Shown: piece by piece, positions 1 to 9,599 of the stretch
How positions within the stretch are numbered: position 1 is the stretch's first letter
How the letters are laid out: every line of letters starts with the position of its first letter
Source of the DNA: an uncultured Planctomycetia bacterium
Lineage (GTDB): Bacteria > Omnitrophota > Gorgyraeia > Tantalellales > Tantalellaceae
Direction of reading: 5' to 3'
Assembly: GCA_964421015.1 (NCBI GenBank)
Contig: CAYQUS010000001.1
Coordinates: forward strand, 236,726-300,725
DNA length: 64,000 bases
The notes under the pieces: generated by a model
The model's database searches: none
Told to the model about the DNA's origin: nothing
The model's input: the letters and a program-made list of their open reading frames with translations, nothing else
Program-made: the position numbers and the translations under genes

Positions 1-614
1 ACATTTCCGGAAGCCCTCCTCCTGCAGTCCTCGCATAATTTTTCCGTCCTGGGGCCGATATATTCGGAAAGCGCCCTGGAGTACTTACCCCTGTCTTCAG
101 GACAACCCAGCGAGTTTATCTGTACAGTATGCCCTTTGACGCCAAGCCGACAAAGTATGCTCTCAAGCGACAGTATAAGCTCCGCGTCGGAATATGGATC
201 CGAAGACCCTATTATCTCGGCTCCGATCTGATGGAACTGGCGCAGCCGCCCCTTTTGGGGCCTTTCCCCGCGGAACATGGGACCGGAATAAAAAAGTTTG
301 ACCGTTTCTCCGTTATTACCGAGACCGTGCTCCACAAAAGCGCGGATTATCGGAGCCGTACCCTCAGGCCTCAACGAGACGCTTTTCCCTCCCCGGTCGC
401 TGAAAGTGTACATCTCCTTTTCGACTATGTCGGTGTTCTCTCCCACTCCTGTGGTAAAAACCTCGGTAGCTTCCATCAACGGCGTCCTTATCTCGCTGAA
501 ACCGTAAAGAGAAAAAACCTCTCTGGCGGTTTCCTCGACCATACGTACCTTTACGGCATATTCAGGCAATATGTCGGGCATTCCGCGAAGCGACCTGTAC
601 TTTGGCTGTCCCAA
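1..614 (-). CDS. hisS: Histidyl-tRNA synthetase, N-terminal ~200 aa only. The gene runs off the left edge, so the 3' end is missing. The likely start is a TTG near 614, giving MGQPKYRSLRGMPDILP.
   Basis: Manual reverse-complement translation gives ...KEMYTFSDRGGKSVSLRPEGTAPIIRA...GPMFRGERPQKGRLRQFHQIG...CPEDRGKYSRALSEY..., which matches the HisRS class II motifs 1 and 2. The N-terminus aligns with E. coli HisS (AIRGMNDYLP). This ORF is absent from the ORF track because it is truncated. Confidence 0.8.
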   Translation of the reverse strand, partial: MGQPKYRSLRGMPDILPEYAVKVRMVEETAREVFSLYGFSEIRTPLMEATEVFTTGVGENTDIVEKEMYTFSDRGGKSVSLRPEGTAPIIRAFVEHGLGNNGETVKLFYSGPMFRGERPQKGRLRQFHQIGAEIIGSSDPYSDAELILSLESILCRLGVKGHTVQINSLGCPEDRGKYSRALSEYIGPRTEKLCEDCRRRASGN

Positions 615-684
615 TTTACACCTTTCCGGTCTTTTGATTGATTACGATATGCTTGAAAACAGTGAAAATCCGACCATGGAACTA

Positions 685-969
685 TCAGGCCTCGGGAGAC
701 TCCACATCCAGCTTCATTTTCATCCCGGCCTTGAACGACACCACTTTCTTGTCCGGAATGGAAACTCCGTCCCCTGTCCTCGGATTCCTGCCCATTCGGC
801 CTCTTCTGGTCTTGACCTTAAAGATGCCGAAGTTCCTGAGTTCTACTTTTTCTCCGGCCCCAAGGCTATCGACTATGATATCAAATGTCCTCTGGACGAC
901 CTCTTTGACGTCAACCTGTTTGAACCCGGTATCCTCGGATATCTTAAGTATTATGTCCTTTTTTGTCAT
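685..969 (-). CDS. hup: HU/IHF-family nucleoid DNA-binding protein
   Basis: 94 aa. The motif NFGIFKVKTRRGRMGRNPRTGDGVSIPDKKVVSFKAG is the classic HU beta-arm. A GGAGG SD lies upstream. Confidence 0.9.
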   Translation of the reverse strand: MTKKDIILKISEDTGFKQVDVKEVVQRTFDIIVDSLGAGEKVELRNFGIFKVKTRRGRMGRNPRTGDGVSIPDKKVVSFKAGMKMKLDVESPEA

Positions 970-1097
970 TTTCGTCCTCCTTCATTATAGTCATCAAGAA
1001 AAAGCGTATATAAAGCAATAAAACCCGCTTTTCCACCATTTCCCTTCAGATCAGTCTGACGGGGTTAACTCATTTTCGGTTAAAAACTTAAGTCCTT

Positions 1098-1126
1098 ATG
1101 TTATCATCGGTTACACTTTGTGTCAA
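1098..1126 (-). promoter_or_regulatory. Candidate sigma70 promoter for hup: TTGACA, 17-nt spacer, TAACAT (read on the minus strand).
   Basis: The hexamers were read directly from the sequence. It lies about 120 nt upstream of the hup ATG. Confidence 0.35.
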
Positions 1127-1196
1127 TGTTTTCATGAATTCGTACAGGAAAGGACGAGAAACCTGTAAGCGCCTCTCTAAAAACACTTCCGGACAA

Positions 1197-4100
1197 CTAT
1201 TTTGTGAGAAATTTCACATTCCCCGAGCCGACTATGTCTTCGAGCGCGCTGAGCAGCTCATCGGTAGGGTTTACGCTAAGAGAGGCGTCTGTTGACACCC
1301 TGACCTTACGGCCTTCCGGAGCCACAAGATCGACGAGAACAGGGACCTTGCCCCTGAACTTCTGTATGCAGAATTTTATCCTTTTCATCATGCTTTCTTC
1401 GAGACCGGTCGTAGAGAGCTTAATAAGGACAGACTTCGTGTATTTTTCCTTTACCTTTTCAAGCGGTATGATATCTTCCGCTATTATCTTGGGTTCCTCT
1501 TCCCTGCGGTTAACCTTACCGCAAACATAGACCAGGCTATCTTCTTTTATTATCTCCGGGAATTTCGCGTAGGTCTTGGGAAAAGCGAGTACCTCAACAA
1601 AATTGTTAAGGTCTTCCAAGCTGAAGATAGCCATTTTTTCGGCTTTTTTCCGAGTCACGGTTATTTTTACCTTGTTGATTATACCTCCCATAAGTATCTC
1701 CTGTCCGTCTGACAGTGATACCATTTCCGGGATCTTGCAGGTGGAATATGCGTTGAGCAGCCTTTCAAACCTCGCCAGGGGATGTTTTGTTATATAAAAG
1801 CCCAGCATTTCCTTTTCGTTGGCCAAAAGTTCGTGCTCGGGCCATTCAGGTATATCCGGCACATCATGGAAGGTATCCCTGAAACTGGACTCCGGCGAGG
1901 TCTCGTCAAAAAAAGAAAGCTGGCCGACATTCCTGTCCTTATTGGCCTTCTGCGCCATGTCCATGACCTTTTCCAGAACGGACATCGCCTGGCTTCTCCT
2001 TATACCGGTGGAATCGAAAGCTCCGCATTTTATCATACTTTCAAGCACCTTGCGGTTAACTCCCCTTGGATCGACCTTCATCGCGAAATCGAATATGGAT
2101 TCGTATCTTCCGAGGTCTTTCCTTGTGGCGATTACAGTGTCCGCGGCGCCTTCCCCCACGTTCTTAACCGCGGAAAGACCGAACCTTATGTCTCCTCCCA
2201 CTACCGTGAAATCCCTGAAACTTTCGTTCACGTCGGGGGGAAGTATGTCTATTCCCATCCGAATAGACTCGTTTATATAATCCGAGATCTTATCGCTGTT
2301 GTCTTTTTCACTTGTAAGAAGAGCCGTCATGAACTCAACGGGATAATTTGCTTTCAGGTATGCGGTCCGGTAACTGATTATGGAGTAAGCGGCGGAATGG
2401 GACTTATTGAAGCCATACCCGGCAAAATGCGAAATAAAGTCCCATACCTTGGAGGAAGTATTGCCGTCCACTTTTTTCCTGAGCGCGCCCTGTATGAACT
2501 TGTCCCTTATGGCAGCGAGCTTTTCAGGATCGTTTATCTTCTTGCCCATTACTTTCCTGACATTATCGGCCTCCGCCATACTGAACCCGCCCATAGCCGA
2601 GACTATTCTCATTACCTGCTCCTGAAAAACTATTATCCCGTAAGTCTCTTCAAGAATGGGTTCAAGCAGCGGATGGTCGTACTTCACCTGTATTTCCCCC
2701 TGCTTACGCTTGATAAAATCATCGAGCATACCGCTTCCCATAGGCCCCGGCCGGTAAAGCGCCAGTACAGCTATAAGGTCCTCAAAACGGCTTGGTCTGA
2801 GTTTCCGTAAAAGATCCCTCATACCCCCGGATTCAAGCTGGAACACGCCCCCTGTTTCGGCCCTGCACAAAAGTTCAAAAGTCTTTTTATCGTCAAGAGG
2901 GATATTGTCGAGATCAATGTCTATTTCCCTGGTGCGCTTCACTATCTTGACAGTCTGGTCTATGACCGTCAGGGTCTTAAGCCCCAGGAAATCCATCTTG
3001 AGCATGCCTATCTTTTCAAGGGAACTCATCGCGTAACCGGTGGTTATCTGGTCATCGGCGGTCTTATAAAGTGGGATCCTCTTTATGAGAGGTTTATCCG
3101 AAATGACGACGCCGGCGGCATGTGTCGAAGCATGCCTGTTAAGTCCCTGAAGCTTCATGGAAATATCTATTACCTGGCGCAGGACCGGATCGTCCTCATA
3201 CTTCATCCTCAGTTCGGGCTCTATTTCCATGGCCCTTTCAAGTGTTATTCCCGGGTCGTTCGGCACAAGTTTAGCTACCCTGTCAACTTCCTGATAAGCC
3301 ACACCCATTACTCTGCCTACGTCTCGCAAAACTCCTTTGGCCATCATGGTCCCGAAAGTTATTATCTGGGCGACATTGTTCTTGGAATACTTCTCTATTA
3401 CGTACTCTATAACCTCATTTCTCCGCTCAAAACAAAAATCTATATCAATATCAGGCATCGAAACTCTTTCGGGATTCAGGAACCTCTCGAATATCAAACC
3501 GTACTTAATCGGATCCAGGTCTGTTATCCCCAGAGCGTAGCTGACTATACTGCCGGCCGCGGACCCCCTTCCCGGCCCGACAGGTATGTCCTTGGACCTG
3601 GCATGGCGTATAAAATCCCATACTATCAGAAAATAACTGGTGTACCCTGACTGCTTTATGATCTTAAGCTCATGTTCCACCCTGTTTTTTATCTCCGCCG
3701 TGACCGAACGATAACGTTTCTTTATGCCCTCCGCGACCAGTTCCGCCAGAAAAGATTCATTGTCCTTTCCTTCAGGCGGCGTAAACATCGGAAGATGCAG
3801 TTCCTTGAAGTCGATCTCGACATTGCATTTCTCGGCTATCCTGACAGAGTTCCTTACGGCCTCCGGCACGTCGGCGAACCTTTCCATCATCTCTTCCGGG
3901 GACTTGAAATACATCTGGTCAGTCTGAAAACGCATCCTGGAAGGGTCGTCCACATTGGTCTGGGTCTGGATGCATAAAAGGACGTCATGCGCTTTAGCGT
4001 CGTTACGGTTGAGATAATGAACGTCGCTGGTGGCCACAAGTTCAAGCCCCGTAGCGGACGCGAGCCTTATTAGAGCCTGGTTGACCTTTTTTTGTTCCTC

Positions 4101-4658
4101 TATCTGATTGTCCTGAAGTTCCAGATAAAAATTCTCGCTCCCGAATATATCGGAGTACTCTTTAGCTGCCCTTTTGGCTTCTTCCCACTGGTCCGAGGCC
4201 AGAAAGTGCGACACTTCTCCCTTGAGACAGGCGGAAAGAGCTATTATTCCTTTACCGCATCTTGCCAGAACCTCCTTGTCAACGCGCGGCTTGTAGTAAA
4301 ATCCCTCCAGATACCCCAAAGAAACTATCTCCATCAGGTTTTTATAACCCGTATTGTTCTTGGCAAGAAGCACAAGGTGGTACCCTGCCCCCTTTATGCC
4401 GTGGCTGGTCTTATCAAAACGGCTTTCCGGAGCAACGTATATCTCGCACCCGATTATTGGTTTTATGCCGGCTGCCATGGCCTTTTCGTAAAATTCGACC
4501 GCGCCGAACATATTGCCATGATCGGTTATGGCACAGGAAGTCATTCCGTATTTCTTGGAAATAGACAAAAGGTCGTCCAGACGGCAGGCGCCGTCAAGGA
4601 GGCTGAACTGCGTATGAACGTGCAAGTGCACAAAGTCAGAAGATTGCCTGGTCTTCAT
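1197..4658 (-). CDS. dnaE: DNA polymerase III alpha subunit
   Basis: 1153 aa. The N-terminal PHP domain reads FVHLHVHTQFSLLDG. Length and domain order are those of DnaE. Confidence 0.95.
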   Translation of the reverse strand: MKTRQSSDFVHLHVHTQFSLLDGACRLDDLLSISKKYGMTSCAITDHGNMFGAVEFYEKAMAAGIKPIIGCEIYVAPESRFDKTSHGIKGAGYHLVLLAKNNTGYKNLMEIVSLGYLEGFYYKPRVDKEVLARCGKGIIALSACLKGEVSHFLASDQWEEAKRAAKEYSDIFGSENFYLELQDNQIEEQKKVNQALIRLASATGLELVATSDVHYLNRNDAKAHDVLLCIQTQTNVDDPSRMRFQTDQMYFKSPEEMMERFADVPEAVRNSVRIAEKCNVEIDFKELHLPMFTPPEGKDNESFLAELVAEGIKKRYRSVTAEIKNRVEHELKIIKQSGYTSYFLIVWDFIRHARSKDIPVGPGRGSAAGSIVSYALGITDLDPIKYGLIFERFLNPERVSMPDIDIDFCFERRNEVIEYVIEKYSKNNVAQIITFGTMMAKGVLRDVGRVMGVAYQEVDRVAKLVPNDPGITLERAMEIEPELRMKYEDDPVLRQVIDISMKLQGLNRHASTHAAGVVISDKPLIKRIPLYKTADDQITTGYAMSSLEKIGMLKMDFLGLKTLTVIDQTVKIVKRTREIDIDLDNIPLDDKKTFELLCRAETGGVFQLESGGMRDLLRKLRPSRFEDLIAVLALYRPGPMGSGMLDDFIKRKQGEIQVKYDHPLLEPILEETYGIIVFQEQVMRIVSAMGGFSMAEADNVRKVMGKKINDPEKLAAIRDKFIQGALRKKVDGNTSSKVWDFISHFAGYGFNKSHSAAYSIISYRTAYLKANYPVEFMTALLTSEKDNSDKISDYINESIRMGIDILPPDVNESFRDFTVVGGDIRFGLSAVKNVGEGAADTVIATRKDLGRYESIFDFAMKVDPRGVNRKVLESMIKCGAFDSTGIRRSQAMSVLEKVMDMAQKANKDRNVGQLSFFDETSPESSFRDTFHDVPDIPEWPEHELLANEKEMLGFYITKHPLARFERLLNAYSTCKIPEMVSLSDGQEILMGGIINKVKITVTRKKAEKMAIFSLEDLNNFVEVLAFPKTYAKFPEIIKEDSLVYVCGKVNRREEEPKIIAEDIIPLEKVKEKYTKSVLIKLSTTGLEESMMKRIKFCIQKFRGKVPVLVDLVAPEGRKVRVSTDASLSVNPTDELLSALEDIVGSGNVKFLTK

Positions 4659-4714
4659 AGATTGTCACCGGAGAGGTAAAAACCCGCTCTGTCAGTTTAG
4701 GAGGACGAAGGCCT

Positions 4715-5875
4715 TTACTTTTTCATGCCTACGCGCTGGGCTGACTGATATACCTTGCCTTCCGTCTGTATGGAAGGAGCTATTATCATGTTAACCTGCT
4801 GCATTTCCCTGATGTTCCTGGCCCCGAGGTTACCCATGCTGGTAGCTAAAGCCCCGACAAGGTTCTGGGTCCCGTCATCAAGCCTGGCGGGCCCGTAAAG
4901 TATCTCCTCAAGTGTCCCCGACGTACCCACCTGTATACGTGTACCTCTGGGAAGCGAAGGATGGGGCATGGCCATACCCCAGTGGTATCCTTTACCTGGA
5001 GCTTCTTCCGCTCGCGCGAAAGCGTTACCCAGCATCACCGCGTCGGCGCCGGCGGCAAAGGCCTTGCAGATATCCCCGCCCGTCGCCATCCCGCCGTCGG
5101 TTATTATGGGAACATAGATCCCGGTCTGTTTGTAATGAAAATCCCTTGCCGCCGCGCAGTCGCATGTAGCCGTTATCTGCGGTACGCCTATCCCGAGAAC
5201 TCCCCTCGACGTACAGGCCGTTCCCGGACCTATGCCAACAAAAAGGCCCTGGCAGCCCGTACCCATAAGGGAGAGAGCCGCTTTGTAATCAACGCAGTTA
5301 CCCAGAAGAACGGGTATCTTCATGTCTTTGCAGAACTTGGCCAGGTCCAGCGGTTTGTATTCCGCAGATTCGTGCCTTACGCTTATCACGGTAGACTGTA
5401 TTATAAAAATATCGCATCCGGCATCCCTGGCTATGGGACCGAATTTACCGGCCACCTGAGGATTGCAGCTGACTATAGCCGGAACCTTGGCCTTTTTTAT
5501 TTCCTTTATTCTCTTTTCTATGAGCTCTTTCTTTATCGGCGCCGAATAAACGTCCTGTATGGTCTTGGTGGACTCGCGTATATCGCACTTTATTATCTTT
5601 TCAACCGCCTTTTCAGGTCTTTCATATCGGGTTGATACGCCCTCAAGATGAAGAACGGCTATTCCGCCGAGCTTTCCCATGGCTATGGCGAAGTTCACGT
5701 CAACGACACCGTCCATTGAAGAAGCCATTATGGGCGCCTGGAACTTTATGCCTCCTATTTCGCAGGAAGTATCAACATCATTGGGATTTATTGTAAGCTC
5801 TCCGGGAACAAGAGCTACCTCGTCAAAACCGTAACTTCTCCTGGCTTTCCTTCCCATGCCGACCCACATTCCCAT
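4715..5875 (-). CDS. IMP dehydrogenase/GMP reductase-family protein lacking the CBS subdomain (GuaB3-like). Its substrate is unknown.
   Basis: 386 aa. It has the TIM-barrel IMPDH signature and catalytic Cys loop GIGPGTACTSRGVLGIGVPQ, but no CBS pair. A strong GGAGGT SD lies upstream. Confidence 0.75.
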   Translation of the reverse strand: MGMWVGMGRKARRSYGFDEVALVPGELTINPNDVDTSCEIGGIKFQAPIMASSMDGVVDVNFAIAMGKLGGIAVLHLEGVSTRYERPEKAVEKIIKCDIRESTKTIQDVYSAPIKKELIEKRIKEIKKAKVPAIVSCNPQVAGKFGPIARDAGCDIFIIQSTVISVRHESAEYKPLDLAKFCKDMKIPVLLGNCVDYKAALSLMGTGCQGLFVGIGPGTACTSRGVLGIGVPQITATCDCAAARDFHYKQTGIYVPIITDGGMATGGDICKAFAAGADAVMLGNAFARAEEAPGKGYHWGMAMPHPSLPRGTRIQVGTSGTLEEILYGPARLDDGTQNLVGALATSMGNLGARNIREMQQVNMIIAPSIQTEGKVYQSAQRVGMKK

Positions 5876-5929
5876 TGGAACCTCCGTTTATTTTAATACC
5901 TTTTGAATCCGCGAATATATATTTTTGAT

Positions 5930-5958
5930 ATGATACTAAAGGGACTTCCCTTTGTCAA
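5930..5958 (-). promoter_or_regulatory. Candidate sigma70 promoter (TTGACA, 17 nt, TATCAT). A 6+6 bp palindrome AAGGGA-ct-TCCCTT (5939-5952) sits in the spacer.
   Basis: Read directly from the sequence, upstream of the IMPDH-family gene. Confidence 0.4.
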
Positions 5959-6051
5959 CCCGGGCGGGCAACGGCCTCAGCCTCTAAAAACCTCGATAAT
6001 GTAGCCCCCTAAAAACCTTCCTCCCCTGACAGTTACTTTACTGTATTATTT

Positions 6052-7725
6052 TCAAGCCGCCACCGGTTCCGGCATGTCGTCAAGCTTGAAATCCTTTCCT
6101 TCCCCGTGCCACCTCATCTCTCCTATCACTCCCTGCGCCACATTCGTAAGGTGATCCCCTATCTTTTCAAGATTATCGACGAGATCCATAAAAACAACAC
6201 CGGAGATCAGATTGCACTGAGCGGCATTGAGCCTTTCTACATGGGCTTTCTTAAGACTTATCTGGTATCCGTTTATCCTTTTTTCCCTCTCTATCACTTT
6301 CTTGGCTATCTGAGGATCGTTCTTGTTTAAACATTCCTCGGCTTCCGCCATCATACAGGAAAGGTCATTCCACATCAAACGAAGCTCCCTTATCGCGTCG
6401 TCGGTAAAGGGGAGTTTATTCTCCACTTTTCTTTCCACGAACTCCATTATGTTTTCGGCGTGATCACCTATTCTTTCTATGTCATTGACGCCGTGTATAA
6501 GTACGGGAAGCTGTTCCGATATCTCCTGGGAGAGATGCCGCTGAGAAAGAGATATAAGATACTGCGTAATGGCCGACTGCAGGTTATCTACCGCCTGTTC
6601 AAAAACACATACCCTCTTAGACGCCGCGGGATTGTCCTCAAAAAAAGCCCGCATGGCCGTTGAAACAGACTGTCCCGCGAGATTTAGCATCCTTACGGTT
6701 TCCTTGCGCGCCTGTTCCATGGCTATCGGCGGAGTATCCAACAGGTACTTATCAAGATATTTGGGCCCTACGTCTATGGCGCCTTTCTTTTTCGGAACAA
6801 GAAAAACTACCGCTTTCTCCAGATAACCCACTAAGGGCAGGAACAAAATAGCGTTGACCACTTTGAAAAGTGTATTGGCGACAGCTATGTAGAACATTAT
6901 GTTGGCGGTGGTTATCTCTCCCGGAAGTATCGTCTCGATAGCTTTTATAAAGAGGCCGTTATAGACGAATATCATCATATAACCTACCCCTATTACATTA
7001 AAAAGGGTATGCGCCATTGCCGCCCTTTTAGCGTCCAGGTTCGTCCCTATGGATGCCAGCTGGGCGGTTATGGTCGTCCCTATATCTCCACCAAGGGTAA
7101 GAGTTATGGCCGCGGGAAAACTTATGATACCGTTAAATGCCATCACCTGTACTATGGCTATGGTCGCGCTGGAACTCTGTATTATCATTGCGACCACCAT
7201 GCCGGCAAGCACACCCAGCACGGGATTATCTCCGAATGTCATAAAAATAGTTTTGACATGCTCGCTTTTTTTAAAAGGCTCAAAACCGTCTTTCATGAAA
7301 CCAAGCCCCATGAAAAGCATTCCGAACCCCATCAGGACCTGCCCGAAAAACCTGGTTTTTTTAGTTTTACCTACTACGCTTAAACCGAACCCTACCCCGA
7401 CAGCGGGTAGAGCGTAATGCGTGAGGTCTATCACGGATGTAAAAGAAACAAGCCATGCCGTGACGGTGGTCCCGATGTTTGCGCCTATTATGACGCTTAT
7501 GGCCTGTTTCAGAACAAGAATACCGGCGTTAACGAACCCTACCACCAGTACCGTGGTCGCGCTTGAGGATTGTATAAGAGACGTCACAAAAACGCCTACA
7601 AGAACACCCATTAAAGGCACTTTTGTGACCATATTGAGTATGGCCCTGAGTTTATCGCCCGCTATGTTTTTCAACCCCTCGGACATGCTCTGCATGCCGA
7701 AAAAGAAAAGGCCCAAACCTCCCAC
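6052..7725 (-). CDS. Na+/phosphate cotransporter (NptA/YjbB family) with C-terminal PhoU-like domains. The true start may be a non-canonical ATC at 7752.
   Basis: 557 aa. The N-terminus carries GGLGLFFFGM and QSSSATT repeats, and the C-terminal helical repeats are PhoU-like. The track start is a GTG about 31 nt downstream of an AAGGAGA SD. Confidence 0.85.
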   Translation of the reverse strand: MGGLGLFFFGMQSMSEGLKNIAGDKLRAILNMVTKVPLMGVLVGVFVTSLIQSSSATTVLVVGFVNAGILVLKQAISVIIGANIGTTVTAWLVSFTSVIDLTHYALPAVGVGFGLSVVGKTKKTRFFGQVLMGFGMLFMGLGFMKDGFEPFKKSEHVKTIFMTFGDNPVLGVLAGMVVAMIIQSSSATIAIVQVMAFNGIISFPAAITLTLGGDIGTTITAQLASIGTNLDAKRAAMAHTLFNVIGVGYMMIFVYNGLFIKAIETILPGEITTANIMFYIAVANTLFKVVNAILFLPLVGYLEKAVVFLVPKKKGAIDVGPKYLDKYLLDTPPIAMEQARKETVRMLNLAGQSVSTAMRAFFEDNPAASKRVCVFEQAVDNLQSAITQYLISLSQRHLSQEISEQLPVLIHGVNDIERIGDHAENIMEFVERKVENKLPFTDDAIRELRLMWNDLSCMMAEAEECLNKNDPQIAKKVIEREKRINGYQISLKKAHVERLNAAQCNLISGVVFMDLVDNLEKIGDHLTNVAQGVIGEMRWHGEGKDFKLDDMPEPVAA

Positions 7726-7808
7726 TACGCTGAAAATAAGATCAGTTAAGATATCGCTCTCCTTTTTTAAGGATGAACACCCAGGATCCGGGACGTGCCG
7801 GCAGGCCT

Positions 7809-7837
7809 AAATTAACATGTACTATTTGGAGTGTCAA
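7809..7837 (-). promoter_or_regulatory. Candidate sigma70 promoter (TTGACA, 17 nt, TAATTT) for the Na/Pi cotransporter gene.
   Basis: Read directly. It begins 11 nt after the nadX stop. Confidence 0.4.
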
Positions 7838-7848
7838 GGATATTTGAG

Positions 7849-8664
7849 CTAGCTGCCTATCCTGATCCCTGAAAAATACCCCTCAAGAGCTGTCATAGCT
7901 GAAAGAGCGGCCAGGTAGCTGGTCTTTGGATTTGACGGGAAACTTACATTTTCCGTCCTGAAGGAGAAATCCCCTGCCTTGCTTCTGACTTTTATCTCGT
8001 GAATGTTCCGTTTGTAATCAGGTGAGGAAATTATCCTTACTATGGTGTTTTCGCTGCCGGAACCGGCAAGAGCAAGTAAAGCCGAAACGTTAATATTCTT
8101 GGGAAAAGCACTCACGGCCTCCCTGGCCGTACCCTCAAATACAAGGGTTTCGCTTTTTATTGACTTTGGGTCTATCCCCTTTTGCTCAAGGTACGGGGCA
8201 CCGGAAAGCGAATCGGGCGATTTGCGGGTAGTGAGAACCACCGAATCTATTCCGGCTATCCTGGCGGCTTTTACGGCGTCTATCCCGCCTATCGCCCCGG
8301 AGGGAAGCATTACCGTTATTCCCGCTTTTGAGGCCTCCTCAAGAAGATATTCTTTGCCGGTAAGGCCTCCTATACTGAGTATCATAACGTCCTTTCCCGA
8401 ACGGATGGCGATCTCAAGGACCTCCGCCGCTGCCGACTGCTGGGCCGCCTCTATTACCAGATCGGAACCGTTTACAGCTTCTTCGATGTTCACAGCCGAC
8501 TGCGCGGAACCAAGATCAGAGGACAACTTCAGGGATCTTTTCTGATCGGTATCGAAAAGCACGGTTGAACTGACCCATGAAGAAGCTCCGTCCCTGAGCC
8601 AATAAGCTATTGCGCTTCCTATAGCTCCGCAACCCACTATGGCAGTTTTTTTCTTTTTCCTCAC
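7849..8664 (-). CDS. nadX: L-aspartate dehydrogenase (NAD biosynthesis, Thermotoga TM1643 type)
   Basis: 271 aa. The N-terminus has a Rossmann fold (IVGCGAIGS). The central and C-terminal regions (LPSGAIGGIDAV...FEGTAREA...PKNINV...NPKTS) align with T. maritima NadX. It sits immediately upstream of nadA with a 4-nt overlap. Confidence 0.85.
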   Translation of the reverse strand: MRKKKKTAIVGCGAIGSAIAYWLRDGASSWVSSTVLFDTDQKRSLKLSSDLGSAQSAVNIEEAVNGSDLVIEAAQQSAAAEVLEIAIRSGKDVMILSIGGLTGKEYLLEEASKAGITVMLPSGAIGGIDAVKAARIAGIDSVVLTTRKSPDSLSGAPYLEQKGIDPKSIKSETLVFEGTAREAVSAFPKNINVSALLALAGSGSENTIVRIISSPDYKRNIHEIKVRSKAGDFSFRTENVSFPSNPKTSYLAALSAMTALEGYFSGIRIGS

Positions 8665-9599
8665 ACCGTCACCTCTATCATCCTTTGAAGGGCCTTGCGC
8701 GCTTTAGCCGCTATATCTTCCGGAACTTCTACGCGATATATCATCTTTTCCAGCGCCCGAGCTACCCACCCCAGAGTAGTAAGCTTCATGTTAGCGCATA
8801 TGAACTGGTCTGTAGGAACATAGAAGTTCTTATCGGGATTGTCCCTCTTCATCCTGTATATTATCCCCATTTCCGTACCCACTATGAACTCCCGGCCGGG
8901 ACACTCGGTAACGTACTTCAGCATACCGGCGGTGCTTCCTATGTAGGAGGCTTCCTGAAGGACTTCCTTGCGGCATTCCGGATGTGCGATAAACTCGGCT
9001 TTCGGGTATAGACTCCTGGCTTTCAGGACCTCTTCCCTGGTAAGGCGCATATGGACCACGCAATAGCCGTCCCAAAGTATAAGCTCTTTTTCGGGAACAT
9101 GTTCCCTGACATACCTTCCCAGGTTCTTGTCCGGAACGAATATTATCTTTTCTTCTTTAAGTGACCTTACGACCTGCACCGCGTTTGACGACGTACAGCA
9201 TATGTCGCTTTCGGCTTTTACCGCCGCCGTCGAATTCACATAACATACGACCGCGGCCTCGGGATATTCCTCCCTTTTTTTTCTGAGTTTTTCCACCGTT
9301 ACCATATCGGCCAGAGGGCATCCCGCTTCCTCCACCGGCAGCAGTATCGTTTTTTCCGGACTGAGAAGCGCCGCGCTTTCAGCCATGAATTTAACTCCGC
9401 AGAAGACCACCGTTCTTTCCCTGGCTTTTGTGACGTCTCTGGCAAGAGCGTATGAATCCCCGACTATATCAGCTATCTCCTGCACCTCGTCACGCTGGTA
9501 ATTGTGAGCTACTATTATAGCTCCCGTTTCCTTTTTAAGCTCGGTTATCTTCCTCTTCAGGTGTTCCCGGTACTTGATATCAAATTCGGTTTTTATCAT
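8661..9599 (-). CDS. nadA: Quinolinate synthase A
   Basis: 312 aa. It shows NadA family similarity (IIVAHNYQ...FCGVKFMAE). It overlaps both neighbours by 4 nt. Confidence 0.9.
   Translation of the reverse strand: MIKTEFDIKYREHLKRKITELKKETGAIIVAHNYQRDEVQEIADIVGDSYALARDVTKARERTVVFCGVKFMAESAALLSPEKTILLPVEEAGCPLADMVTVEKLRKKREEYPEAAVVCYVNSTAAVKAESDICCTSSNAVQVVRSLKEEKIIFVPDKNLGRYVREHVPEKELILWDGYCVVHMRLTREEVLKARSLYPKAEFIAHPECRKEVLQEASYIGSTAGMLKYVTECPGREFIVGTEMGIIYRMKRDNPDKNFYVPTDQFICANMKLTTLGWVARALEKMIYRVEVPEDIAAKARKALQRMIEVTV

Noticed and set aside
129-641. Plus-strand ORF of 170 aa at the left edge
   Set aside because: It is antisense to a clear HisRS N-terminal reading frame (KEMYTFSDRGG...RPEGTA...FRGERPQKGRLRQFHQ) and has no recognisable motifs of its own.
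1782-2810. 342-aa plus-strand ORF
   Set aside because: It lies entirely antisense within dnaE. A long ORF of this kind is typical of the antisense strand of a large gene, and it has no SD or motifs.
4961-5635. 224-aa plus-strand ORF
   Set aside because: It is antisense to the IMPDH-family gene and is Arg/Pro-rich low-complexity.
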